Shown here: piece by piece, positions 1-11,400 of the stretch
How positions within the stretch are numbered: the stretch's first letter is position 1
Layout of the letters: each line of letters opens with the position of its first letter
DNA from: Auanema rhodensis
Taxonomy: Eukaryota > Animalia > Nematoda
Direction: 5' to 3'
Assembly: GCA_964057225.1 (NCBI GenBank)
Contig: OZ059900.1
Coordinates: 15,624,001 to 15,688,000, forward strand
Length of the DNA stretch: 64,000 nt
Program-made: the position numbers and the translations under genes
Notes under the pieces: model-generated
What the model was told of the DNA's origin: nothing
Seen by the model: only the letters and a program-made list of their open reading frames with translations
The model's database searches: none

Positions 1-2735
1 ACACATGAAATCGTAAGTCAAAACCTTGTTTACAGCGAAATTTCCAAAAACTGGTTTTCCAGCATAATAAAATATTTCTCATGGGAAATACTGTGTTTTT
101 GTATTTTTCTAGTGTTCAGCATGTAAAATGCTTCATTTTAGTTTGTAACACGCTGAAATTCGTTGCATTTGACGACTCATATGAACAAAAATCGATTTAA
201 TCAATATTAGCCATAAAGGGCGTGCCCTCAGAATATGCTAATTTCCTTAATTTTCTAACCCCTGTTTTTTGTCGTGAAAGTGGAACTAGACGTTGTAGGA
301 ACAATTTTTAGCTAGGTTTCATTGACATTGCATGAGTTTGAACACATGAAATCGTAAGTCAAAACCTTGTTTACAGCGAAATTTCCAAAAACTGGTTTTC
401 CAGCATAATAAAATATTTCTCATGGGAAATACTGTGTTTTTGTATTTTTCTAGTGTTCAGCATGTAAAATGCTTCATTTTAGTTTGTAACACGCTGAAAT
501 TCGTTGCATTTGACGACTCATATGAACAAAAATCGATTTAATCAATATTAGCCATAAAGGGCGTGCCCTCAGAATATGCTAATTTCCTTAATTTTCTAAC
601 CCCTGTTTTTTTGTCGTGAAAGTGGAACTAGACGTTTTACGAACAATTTTGAGCTAGGTTTCATTGATATTGCATGAGTTTGAACACATGAAATCGTAAG
701 TCAAAACCTTGTTTACAGCGAAATTTCCAAAAACTGGTTTTCCAGCATAATAAAATATTTCTCATGGGAAATACTGTGTTTTTGTATTTTTCTAGTGTTC
801 AGCATGTAAAATGCTTCATTTTAGTATGTAACACGCTGAAATTCGTTGCATTTGACGACTCATATGAACAAAAATCGATTTAATCAATATTAGCCATAAG
901 GGGCGTGCCCTCAGAATATGCTAATTTCCTTAATTTTCTAACCCCTGTTTTTTTGTCGTGAAAGTGGAATTAGACGTTGTAGGAACAGTTTTGAGCTAGG
1001 TTTCATTGACATTGCATGAGTTTGAACACATGAAATCGTAAGTCAAAACCTTGTTTACAGCGAAATTTCCAAAAACTGGTTTTCCAGCATAATAAAATAT
1101 TTCTCATGGGAAATACTGTGTTTTTGTATTTTTCTAGTGTTCAGCATGTAAAATGCTTCATTTTAGTATGTAACACGCTGAAATTCGTTGCATTTGACGA
1201 TTCATATGAACAAAAATCGATTTAATCAATATTAGCCATAAAGGGCGTGCCCTCAGAATATGCTAATTTCCTTAATTTTCTAACCCCTGTTTTTTTGTCG
1301 TGAAAGTGGAACTAGACGTTGTAGGAACAATTTTGAGCTAGGTTTCATTGACATTGCATGAGTTTGAACACATGAAATCGTAAGTCAAAACCTTGTTTAC
1401 AGCGAAATTTCCAAAAACTGGTTTTCCAGCATAATAAAATATTTCTCATGGGAAATACTGTGTTTTTGTATTTTTCTAGTGTTCAGCATGTAAAATGCTT
1501 CATTTTAGTATGTAACACGCTGAAATTCGTTGCATTTGACGACTCATATGAACAAAAATCGATTTAATCAATATTAGCCATAAGGGGCGTGCCCTCAGAA
1601 TATGCTAATTTCCTTAATTTTCTAACCCCTGTTTTTTTGTCGTGAAAGTGGAATTAGACGTTGTAGGAACAGTTTTGAGCTAGGTTTCATTGACATTGCA
1701 TGAGTTTGAACACATGAAATCGTAAGTCAAAACCTTGTTTACAGCGAAATTTCCAAAAACTGGTTTTCCAGCATAATAAAATATTTCTCATGGGAAATAC
1801 TGTGTTTTTGTATTTTTCTAGTGTTCAGCATGTAAAATGCTTCATTTTAGTTTGTAACACGCTGAAATTCGTTGCATTTGACGACTCATATGAACAAAAA
1901 TCGATTTAATCAATATTAGCCATAAAGGGCGTGCCCTCAGAATATGCTAATTTCCTTAATTTTCTAACCCCTGTTTTTTTGTCGTGAAAGTGGAACTAGA
2001 CGTTTTACGAACAATTTTGAGCTAGGTTTCATTGATATTGCATGAGTTTGAACACATGAAATCGTAAGTCAAAACCTTGTTTACAGCGAAATTTCCAAAA
2101 ACTGGTTTTCCAGCATAATAAAATATTTCTCATGGGAAATACTGTGTTTTTGTATTTTTCTAGTGTTCAGCATGTAAAATGCTTCATTTTAGTATGTAAC
2201 ACGCTGAAATTCGTTGCATTTGACGACTCATATGAACAAAAATCGATTTAATCAATATTAGCCATAAGGGGCGTGCCCTCAGAATATGCTAATTTCCTTA
2301 ATTTTCTAACCCCTGTTTTTTTGTCGTGAAAGTGGAACTAGACGTTTTACGAACAATTTTGAGCTAGGTTTCATTGACATTGCATGAGTTTGAACACATG
2401 AAATCGTAAGTCAAAACCTTGTTTACAGCGAAATTTCCAAAAACTGGTTTTCCAGCATAATAAAATATTTCTCATGGGAAATACTGTGTTTTTGTATTTT
2501 CCTAGTGTTCAGCATGTAAAATGCTTCATTTTAGTATGTAACACGCTGAAATTCGTTGCATTTGACGATTCATATGAACAAAAATCGATTTAATCAATAT
2601 TAGCCATAAAGGGCGTGCCCTCAGAATATGCTAATTTCCTTAATTTTCTAACCCCTGTTTTTTTGTCGTGAAAGTGGAACTAGACGTTGTAGGAACAATT
2701 TTGAGCTAGGTTTCATTGACATTGCATGAGTTTGA

Positions 2736-5700
2736 ACACATGAAATCGTAAGTCAAAACCTTGTTTACAGCGAAATTTCCAAAAACTGGTTTTCCAGCAT
2801 AATAAAATATTTCTCATGGGAAATACTGTGTTTTTGTATTTTTCTAGTGTTCAGCATGTAAAATGCTTCATTTTAGTATGTAACACGCTGAAATTCGTTG
2901 CATTTGACGATTCATATGAACAAAAATCGATTTAATCAATATTAGCCATAAAGGGCGTGCCCTCAGAATATGCTAATTTCCTTAATTTTCTAACCCCTGT
3001 TTTTTTGTCGTGAAAGTGGAACTAGACGTTGTAGGAACAATTTTGAGCTAGGTTTCATTGACATTGCATGAGTTTGAACACATGAAATCGTAAGTCAAAA
3101 CCGTGTTTACAGCGAAATTTCCAAAAACTGGTTTTCCAGCATAATAAAATATTTCTCATGGGAAATACTGTGTTTTTGTATTTTTCTAGTGTTCAGCATG
3201 TAAAATGCTTCATTTTAGTAAGTAACACGCTGAAATTCGTTGCATTTGACGACTCATATGAACAAAAATCGATTTAATCAATATTAGCCATAAGGGGCGT
3301 GCCCTCAGAATATGCTAATTTCCTTAATTTTCTAACCCCTGTTTTTTTGTCGTGAAAGTGGAACTAGACGTTGTAGGAACAATTTTGAGCTAGGTTTCAT
3401 TGACATTGCATGAGTTTGAACACATGAAATCGTAAGTCAAAACCGTGTTTACAGCGAAATTTCCAAAAACTGGTTTTCCAGCATAATAAAATATTTCTCA
3501 TGGGAAATACTGTGTTTTTGTATTTTTCTAGTGTTCAGCATGTAAAATGCTTCATTTTAGTAAGTAACACGCTGAAATTCGTTGCATTTGACGACTCATA
3601 TGAACAAAAATCGATTTAATCAATATTAGCCATAAGGGGCGTGCCCTCTGAATATACTAATTTCCTTAATTTTCTAACCCCTGTTTTTTTGTAGTGAAAG
3701 TGGAACTAGACGTTGTACGAACAATTTTGAGCTAGGTTTCATTGACATTGCATGAGTTTGAACACATGAAATCGTAAGTCAAAACCTTGTTTACAGCGAA
3801 ATTTCCAAAAACTGGTTTTCCAGCATAATAAAATATTTCTCATGGGAAATACTGTGTTTTTGTATTTTTCTAGTGTTCAGCATGTAAAATGCTTCATTTT
3901 AGTATGTAACACGCTGAAATTCGTTGCATTTGACGACTCATATGAACAAAAATCGATTTAATCAATATTAGCCATAAAGGGCGTGCCCTCAGAATATGCT
4001 AATTTCCTTAATTTTCTAACCCCTGTTTTTTTGTCGTGAAAGTGGAACTAGACGTTTTACGAACAATTTTGAGCTAGGTTTCATTGACATTGCATGAGTT
4101 TGAACACATGAAATCGTAAGTCAAAACCTTGTTTACAGCGAAATTTCCAAAAACTGGTTTTCCAGCATAATAAAATATTTCTCATGGGAAATACTGTGTT
4201 TATGTATTTCTCTAGTGTTCAGCATGTAAAATGCTTCATTTTAGTATGTAACACGCTGAAATTCGTTGCATTTGACGACTCATATGAACAAAAATCGATT
4301 TAATCAATATTAGCCATAAGGGGCGTGCCCTCAGAATATGCTAATTTCCTTAATTTTCTAACCCCTGTTTTTTGTCGTGAAAGTGGAACTAGACGTTGTA
4401 CGAACAATTTTGAGCTAGGTTTCATTGACATTGCATGAGTTTGAACACATGAAATCGTAAGTCAAAACCTTGTTTACAGCGAAATTTCCAAAAACTGGTT
4501 TTCCAGCATAATAAAATATTTCTCATGGGAAATACTGTGTTTTTGTATTTTTCTAGTGTTCAGCATGTAAAATGCTTCATTTTAGTATGTAACACGCTGA
4601 AATTCGTTGCATTTGACGACTCATATGAACAAAAATCGATTTAATCAATATTAGCCATAAAGGGCGTGCCCTCAGAATATGCTAATTTCCTTAATTTTCT
4701 AACCCCTCTTTTTTGGCCGTGAAAGTGGAACTAGACGTTGTACAAACAATTTTGAGCTAGGTTTTATTGACATTGCATGAGTTTGAACACATGAAATCGT
4801 AAGTCAAAACCTTGTTTACAGCGAAATTTCCAAAAACTGGTTTTCCAGCATAATAAAATATTTCTCATGGGAAATACTGTGTTTTTGTATTTTTCTAGTG
4901 TTCAGCATGTAAAATGCTTCATTTTAGTTTGTAACACGCTGAAATTCGTTGCATTTGACGACTCATATGAACAAAAATCGATTTAATCAATATTAGCCAT
5001 AAGGGGCGTGCCCTCAGAATATGCTAATTTCCTTAATTTTCTAACCCCTGTTTTTTTGTCGTGAAAGTGGAACTAGACGTTGTACGAACAATTTTGAGCT
5101 AAGTTTCATTGACATTGCATGAGTTTGAACACATGAAATCGTAAGTCAAAACCTTGTTTACAGCGAAATTTCCAAAAACTGGTTTTCCAGCATAATAAAA
5201 TATTTCTCATGGGAAATACTGTGTTTTTGTATTTTTCTAGTGTTCAGCATGTAAAATGCTTCATTTTAGTTTGTAACACGCTGAAATTCGTTGCATTTGA
5301 CGACTCATATGAACAAAAATCGATTTAATCAATATTAGCCATAAAGGGCGTGCCCTCAGAATATGTTAATTTCCTTAATTTTCTAACCCCTGTTTTTTTG
5401 TCGTGAAAGTGGAACTAGACGTTTTACGAACAATTTTGAGCTAGGTTTCATTGATATTGCATGAGTTTGAACACATGAAATCGTAAGTCAAAACCTTGTT
5501 TACAGCGAAATTTCCAAAAACTGGTTTTCCAGCATAATAAAATATTTCTCATGGGAAATACTGTGTTTTTGTATTTTTCTAGTGTTCAGCATGTAAAATG
5601 CTTCATTTTAGTATGTAACACGCTGAAATTCGTTGCATTTGACGACTCATATGAACAAAAATCGATTTAATCAATATTAGCCATAAGGGGCGTGCCCTCA

Positions 5701-8700
5701 GAATATGCTAATTTCCTTAATTTTCTAACCCCTGTTTTTTTGTCGTGAAAGTGGAACTAGACGTTTTACGAACAATTTTGAGCTAGGTTTCATTGACATT
5801 GCATGAGTTTGAACACATGAAATCGTAAGTCAAAACCTTGTTTACAGCGAAATTTCCAAAAACTGGTTTTCCAGCATAATAAAATATTTCTCATGGGAAA
5901 TACTGTGTTTTTGTATTTTTCTAGTGTTCAGCATGTAAAATGCTTCATTTTAGTATGTAACACGCTGAAATTCGTTGCATTTGACGATTCATATGAACAA
6001 AAATCGATTTAATCAATATTAGCCATAAAGGGCGTGCCCTCAGAATATGCTAATTTCCTTAATTTTCTAACCCCTGTTTTTTTGTCGTGAAAGTGGAACT
6101 AGACGTTGTAGGAACAATTTTAAGCTAGGTTTCATTGACATTGCATGAGTTTGAACACATGAAATCGTAAGTCAAAACCTTGTTTACAGCGAAATTTCCA
6201 AAAACTGGTTTTCCAGCATAATAAAATATTTCTCATAGGAAATACTGTGTTTTTGTATTTTTCTAGTGTTCAGCATGTAAAATGCTTCATTTTAGTATGT
6301 AACACGCTGAAATTCGTTGCATTTGACGATTCATATGAACAAAAATCGATTTAATCAATATTAGCCATAAAGGGCGTGCCCTCAGAATATGCTAATTTCC
6401 TTAATTTTCTATCCCCTGTTTTTTTGTCGTGAAAGTGGAACTAGACGTTGTAGGAACAATTTTGAGCTAGGTTTCATTGACATTGCATGAGTTTGAACAC
6501 ATGAAATCGTAAGTCAAAACCTTGTTTACAGCGAAATTTCCAAAAACTGGTTTTCCAGCATAATAAAATATTTCTCATGGGAAATACTGTGTTTTTGTAT
6601 TTTTCTAGTGTTCAGCATGTAAAATGCTTCATTTTAGTAAGTAACACGCTGAAATTCGTTGCATTTGACGACTCATATGAACAAAAATCGATTTAATCAA
6701 TATTAGCCATAAGGGGCGTGCCCTCTGAATATGCTAATTTCCTTAATTTTCTAACCCCTGTTTTTTTGTAGTGAAAGTGGAACTAGACGTTGTACGAACA
6801 ATTTTGAGCTAGGTTTCATTGACATTGCATGAGTTTGAACACATGAAATCGTAAGTCAAAACCTTGTTTACAGCGAAATTTCCAAAAACTGGTTTTCCAG
6901 CATAATAAAATATTTCTCATGGGAAATACTGTGTTTTTGTATTTTTCTAGTGTTCAGCATGTAAAATGCTTCATTTTAGTATGTAACACGCTGAAATTCG
7001 TTGCATTTGACGACTCATATGAACAAAAATCGATTTAATCAATATTAGCCATAAAGGGCGTGCCCTCAGAATATGCTAATTTCCTTAATTTTCTAACCCC
7101 TGTTTTTTTGTCGTGAAAGTGGAACTAGACGTTTTACGAACAATTTTGAGCTAGGTTTCATTGACATTGCATGAGTTTGAACACATGAAATCGTAAGTCA
7201 AAACCTTGTTTACAGCGAAATTTCCAAAAACTGGTTTTCCAGCATAATAAAATATTTCTCATGGGAAATACTGTGTTTTTGTATTTCTCTAGTGTTCAGC
7301 ATGTAAAATGCTTCATTTTAGTATGTAACACGCTGAAATTCGTTGCATTTGACGACTCATATGAACAAAAATCGATTTAATCAATATTAGCCATAAGGGG
7401 CGTGCCCTCAGAATATGCTAATTTCCTTAATTTTCTAACCCCTGTTTTTTGTCGTGAAAGTGGAACTAGACGTTGTACGAACAATTTTGAGCTAGGTTTC
7501 ATTGACATTGCATGAGTTTGAACACATGAAATCGTAAGTCAAAACCTTGTTTACAGCGAAATTTCCAAAAACTGGTTTTCCAGCATAATAAAATATTTCT
7601 CATGGGAAATACTGTGTTTTTGTATTTTTCTAGTGTTCAGCATGTAAAATGCTTCATTTTAGTATGTAACACGCTGAAATTCGTTGCATTTGACGACTCA
7701 TATGAACAAAAATCGATTTAATCAATATTAGCCATAAAGGGCGTGCCCTCAGAATATGCTAATTTCCTTAATTTTCTAACCCCTCTTTTTTGGCCGTGAA
7801 AGTGGAACTAGACGTTGTACAAACAATTTTGAGCTAGGTTTTATTGACATTGCATGAGTTTGAACACATGAAATCGTAAGTCAAAACCTTGTTTACAGCG
7901 AAATTTCCAAAAACTGGTTTTCCAGCATAATAAAATATTTCTCATGGGAAATACTGTGTTTTTGTATTTTTCTAGTGTTCAGCATGTAAAATGCTTCATT
8001 TTAGTATGTAACACGCTGAAATTCGTTGCATTTGACGATTCATATGAACAAAAATCGATTTAATCAATATTAGCCATAAAGGGCGTGCCCTCAGAATATG
8101 CTAATTTCCTTAATTTTCTAACCCCTGTTTTTTTGTCGTGAAAGTGGAACTAGACGTTGTAGGAACAATTTTGAGCTAGGTTTCATTGACATTGCATGAG
8201 TTTGAACACATGAAATCGTAAGTCAAAACCGTGTTTACAGCGAAATTTCCAAAAACTGGTTTTCCAGCATAATAAAATATTTCTCATGGGAAATACTGTG
8301 TTTTTGTATTTTTCTAGTGTTCAGCATGTAAAATGCTTCATTTTAGTAAGTAACACGCTGAAATTCGTTGCATTTGACGACTCATATGAACAAAAATCGA
8401 TTTAATCAATATTAGCCATAAGGGGCGTGCCCTCAGAATATGCTAATTTCCTTAATTTTCTAACCCCTGTTTTTTTGTCGTGAAAGTGGAACTAGACGTT
8501 GTAGGAACAATTTTGAGCTAGGTTTCATTGACATTGCATGAGTTTGAACACATGAAATCGTAAGTCAAAACCGTGTTTACAGCGAAATTTCCAAAAACTG
8601 GTTTTCCAGCATAATAAAATATTTCTCATGGGAAATACTGTGTTTTTGTATTTTTCTAGTGTTCAGCATGTAAAATGCTTCATTTTAGTAAGTAACACGC

Positions 8701-11400
8701 TGAAATTCGTTGCATTTGACGACTCATATGAACAAAAATCGATTTAATCAATATTAGCCATAAGGGGCGTGCCCTCTGAATATGCTAATTTCCTTAATTT
8801 TCTAACCCCTGTTTTTTTGTAGTGAAAGTGGAACTAGACGTTGTACGAACAATTTTGAGCTAGGTTTCATTGACATTGCATGAGTTTGAACACATGAAAT
8901 CGTAAGTCAAAACCTTGTTTACAGCGAAATTTCCAAAAACTGGTTTTCCAGCATAATAAAATATTTCTCATGGGAAATACTGTGTTTTTGTATTTTTCTA
9001 GTGTTCAGCATGTAAAATGCTTCATTTTAGTATGTAACACGCTGAAATTCGTTGCATTTGACGACTCATATGAACAAAAATCGATTTAATCAATATTAGC
9101 CATAAAGGGCGTGCCCTCAGAATATGCTAATTTCCTTAATTTTCTAACCCCTGTTTTTTTGTCGTGAAAGTGGAACTAGACGTTTTACGAACAATTTTGA
9201 GCTAGGTTTCATTGACATTGCATGAGTTTGAACACATGAAATCGTAAGTCAAAACCTTGTTTACAGCGAAATTTCCAAAAACTGGTTTTCCAGCATAATA
9301 AAATATTTCTCATGGGAAATACTGTGTTTATGTATTTTTCTAGTGTTCAGCATGTAAAATGCTTCATTTTAGTATGTAACACGCTGAAATTCGTTGCATT
9401 TGACGACTCATATGAACAAAAATCGATTTAATCAATATTAGCCATAAGGGGCGTGCCCTCAGAATATGCTAATTTCCTTAATTTTCTAACCCCTGTTTTT
9501 TGTCGTGAAAGTGGAACTAGACGTTGTACGAACAATTTTGAGCTAGGTTTCATTGACATTGCATGAGTTTGAACACATGAAATCGTAAGTCAAAACCTTG
9601 TTTACAGCGAAATTTCCAAAAACTGGTTTTCCAGCATAATAAAATATTTCTCATGGGAAATACTGTGTTTTTGTATTTTTCTAGTGTTCAGCATGTAAAA
9701 TGCTTCATTTTAGTATGTAACACGCTGAAATTCGTTGCATTTGACGACTCATATGAACAAAAATCGATTTAATCAATATTAGCCATAAAGGGCGTGCCCT
9801 CAGAATATGCTAATTTCCTTAATTTTCTAACCCCTCTTTTTTGGCCGTGAAAGTGGAACTAGACGTTGTACAAACAATTTTGAGCTAGGTTTTATTGACA
9901 TTGCATGAGTTTGAACACATGAAATCGTAAGTCAAAACCTTGTTTACAGCGAAATTTCCAAAAACTGGTTTTCCAGCATAATAAAATATTTCTCATGGGA
10001 AATACTGTGTTTTTGTATTTTTCTAGTGTTCAGCATGTAAAATGCTTCATTTTAGTTTGTAACACGCTGAAATTCGTTGCATTTGACGACTCATATGAAC
10101 AAAAATCGATTTAATCAATATTAGCCATAAGGGGCGTGCCCTCAGAATATGCTAATTTCCTTAATTTTCTAACCCCTGTTTTTTTGTCGTGAAAGTGGAA
10201 CTAGACGTTGTACGAACAATTTTGAGCTAAGTTTCATTGACATTGCATGAGTTTGAACACATGAAATCGTAAGTCAAAACCTTGTTTACAGCGAAATTTC
10301 CAAAAACTGGTTTTCCAGCATAATAAAATATTTCTCATGGGAAATACTGTGTTTTTGTATTTTTCTAGTGTTCAGCATGTAAAATGCTTCATTTTAGTTT
10401 GTAACACGCTGAAATTCGTTGCATTTGACGACTCATATGAACAAAAATCGATTTAATCAATATTAGCCATAAAGGGCGTGCCCTCAGAATATGTTAATTT
10501 CCTTAATTTTCTAACCCCTGTTTTTTTGTCGTGAAAGTGGAACTAGACGTTTTACGAACAATTTTGAGCTAGGTTTCATTGATATTGCATGAGTTTGAAC
10601 ACATGAAATCGTAAGTCAAAACCTTGTTTACAGCGAAATTTCCAAAAACTGGTTTTCCAGCATAATAAAATATTTCTCATGGGAAATACTGTGTTTTTGT
10701 ATTTTTCTAGTGTTCAGCATGTAAAATGCTTCATTTTAGTATGTAACACGCTGAAATTCGTTGCATTTGACGACTCATATGAACAAAAATCGATTTAATC
10801 AATATTAGCCATAAGGGGCGTGCCCTCAGAATATGCTAATTTCCTTAATTTTCTAACCCCTGTTTTTTTGTCGTGAAAGTGGAACTAGACGTTTTACGAA
10901 CAATTTTGAGCTAGGTTTCATTGACATTGCATGAGTTTGAACACATGAAATCGTAAGTCAAAACCTTGTTTACAGCGAAATTTCCAAAAACTGGTTTTCC
11001 AGCATAATAAAATATTTCTCATGGGAAATACTGTGTTTTTGTATTTTTCTAGTGTTCAGCATGTAAAATGCTTCATTTTAGTATGTAACACGCTGAAATT
11101 CGTTGCATTTGACGATTCATATGAACAAAAATCGATTTAATCAATATTAGCCATAAAGGGCGTGCCCTCAGAATATGCTAATTTCCTTAATTTTCTAACC
11201 CCTGTTTTTTTGTCGTGAAAGTGGAACTAGACGTTGTAGGAACAATTTTGAGCTAGGTTTCATTGACATTGCATGAGTTTGAACACATGAAATCGTAAGT
11301 CAAAACCTTGTTTACAGCGAAATTTCCAAAAACTGGTTTTCCAGCATAATAAAATATTTCTCATAGGAAATACTGTGTTTTTGTATTTTTCTAGTGTTCA
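2736..11400 (+). repeat. Block duplication with a 15-monomer offset (5128 bp)
   Basis: Rare variants recur at +5128: AACCGTG 3103/8231 and 3445/8573; GTTTATG 4202/9330; GCTAAGT 5102/10230; ATGTTAA 5366/10494; CATAGGA 6237/11365. Confidence 0.85.

Noticed and set aside
158-174. CENP-B box-like ATTCGTTGCATTTGACG
   Set aside because: It matches the TTCG....A half of the box but lacks the essential CGGG, so it cannot be called a CENP-B box.
255-263. Telomere-like CTAACCCCT
   Set aside because: A single short match per monomer, not a tandem telomeric tract.
1-341. 5S rRNA, tRNA, snRNA or spliced-leader tandem gene unit
   Set aside because: I recognised no conserved RNA gene sequence, cloverleaf or Pol III A/B/C boxes. 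An Rfam/Infernal scan would settle this.
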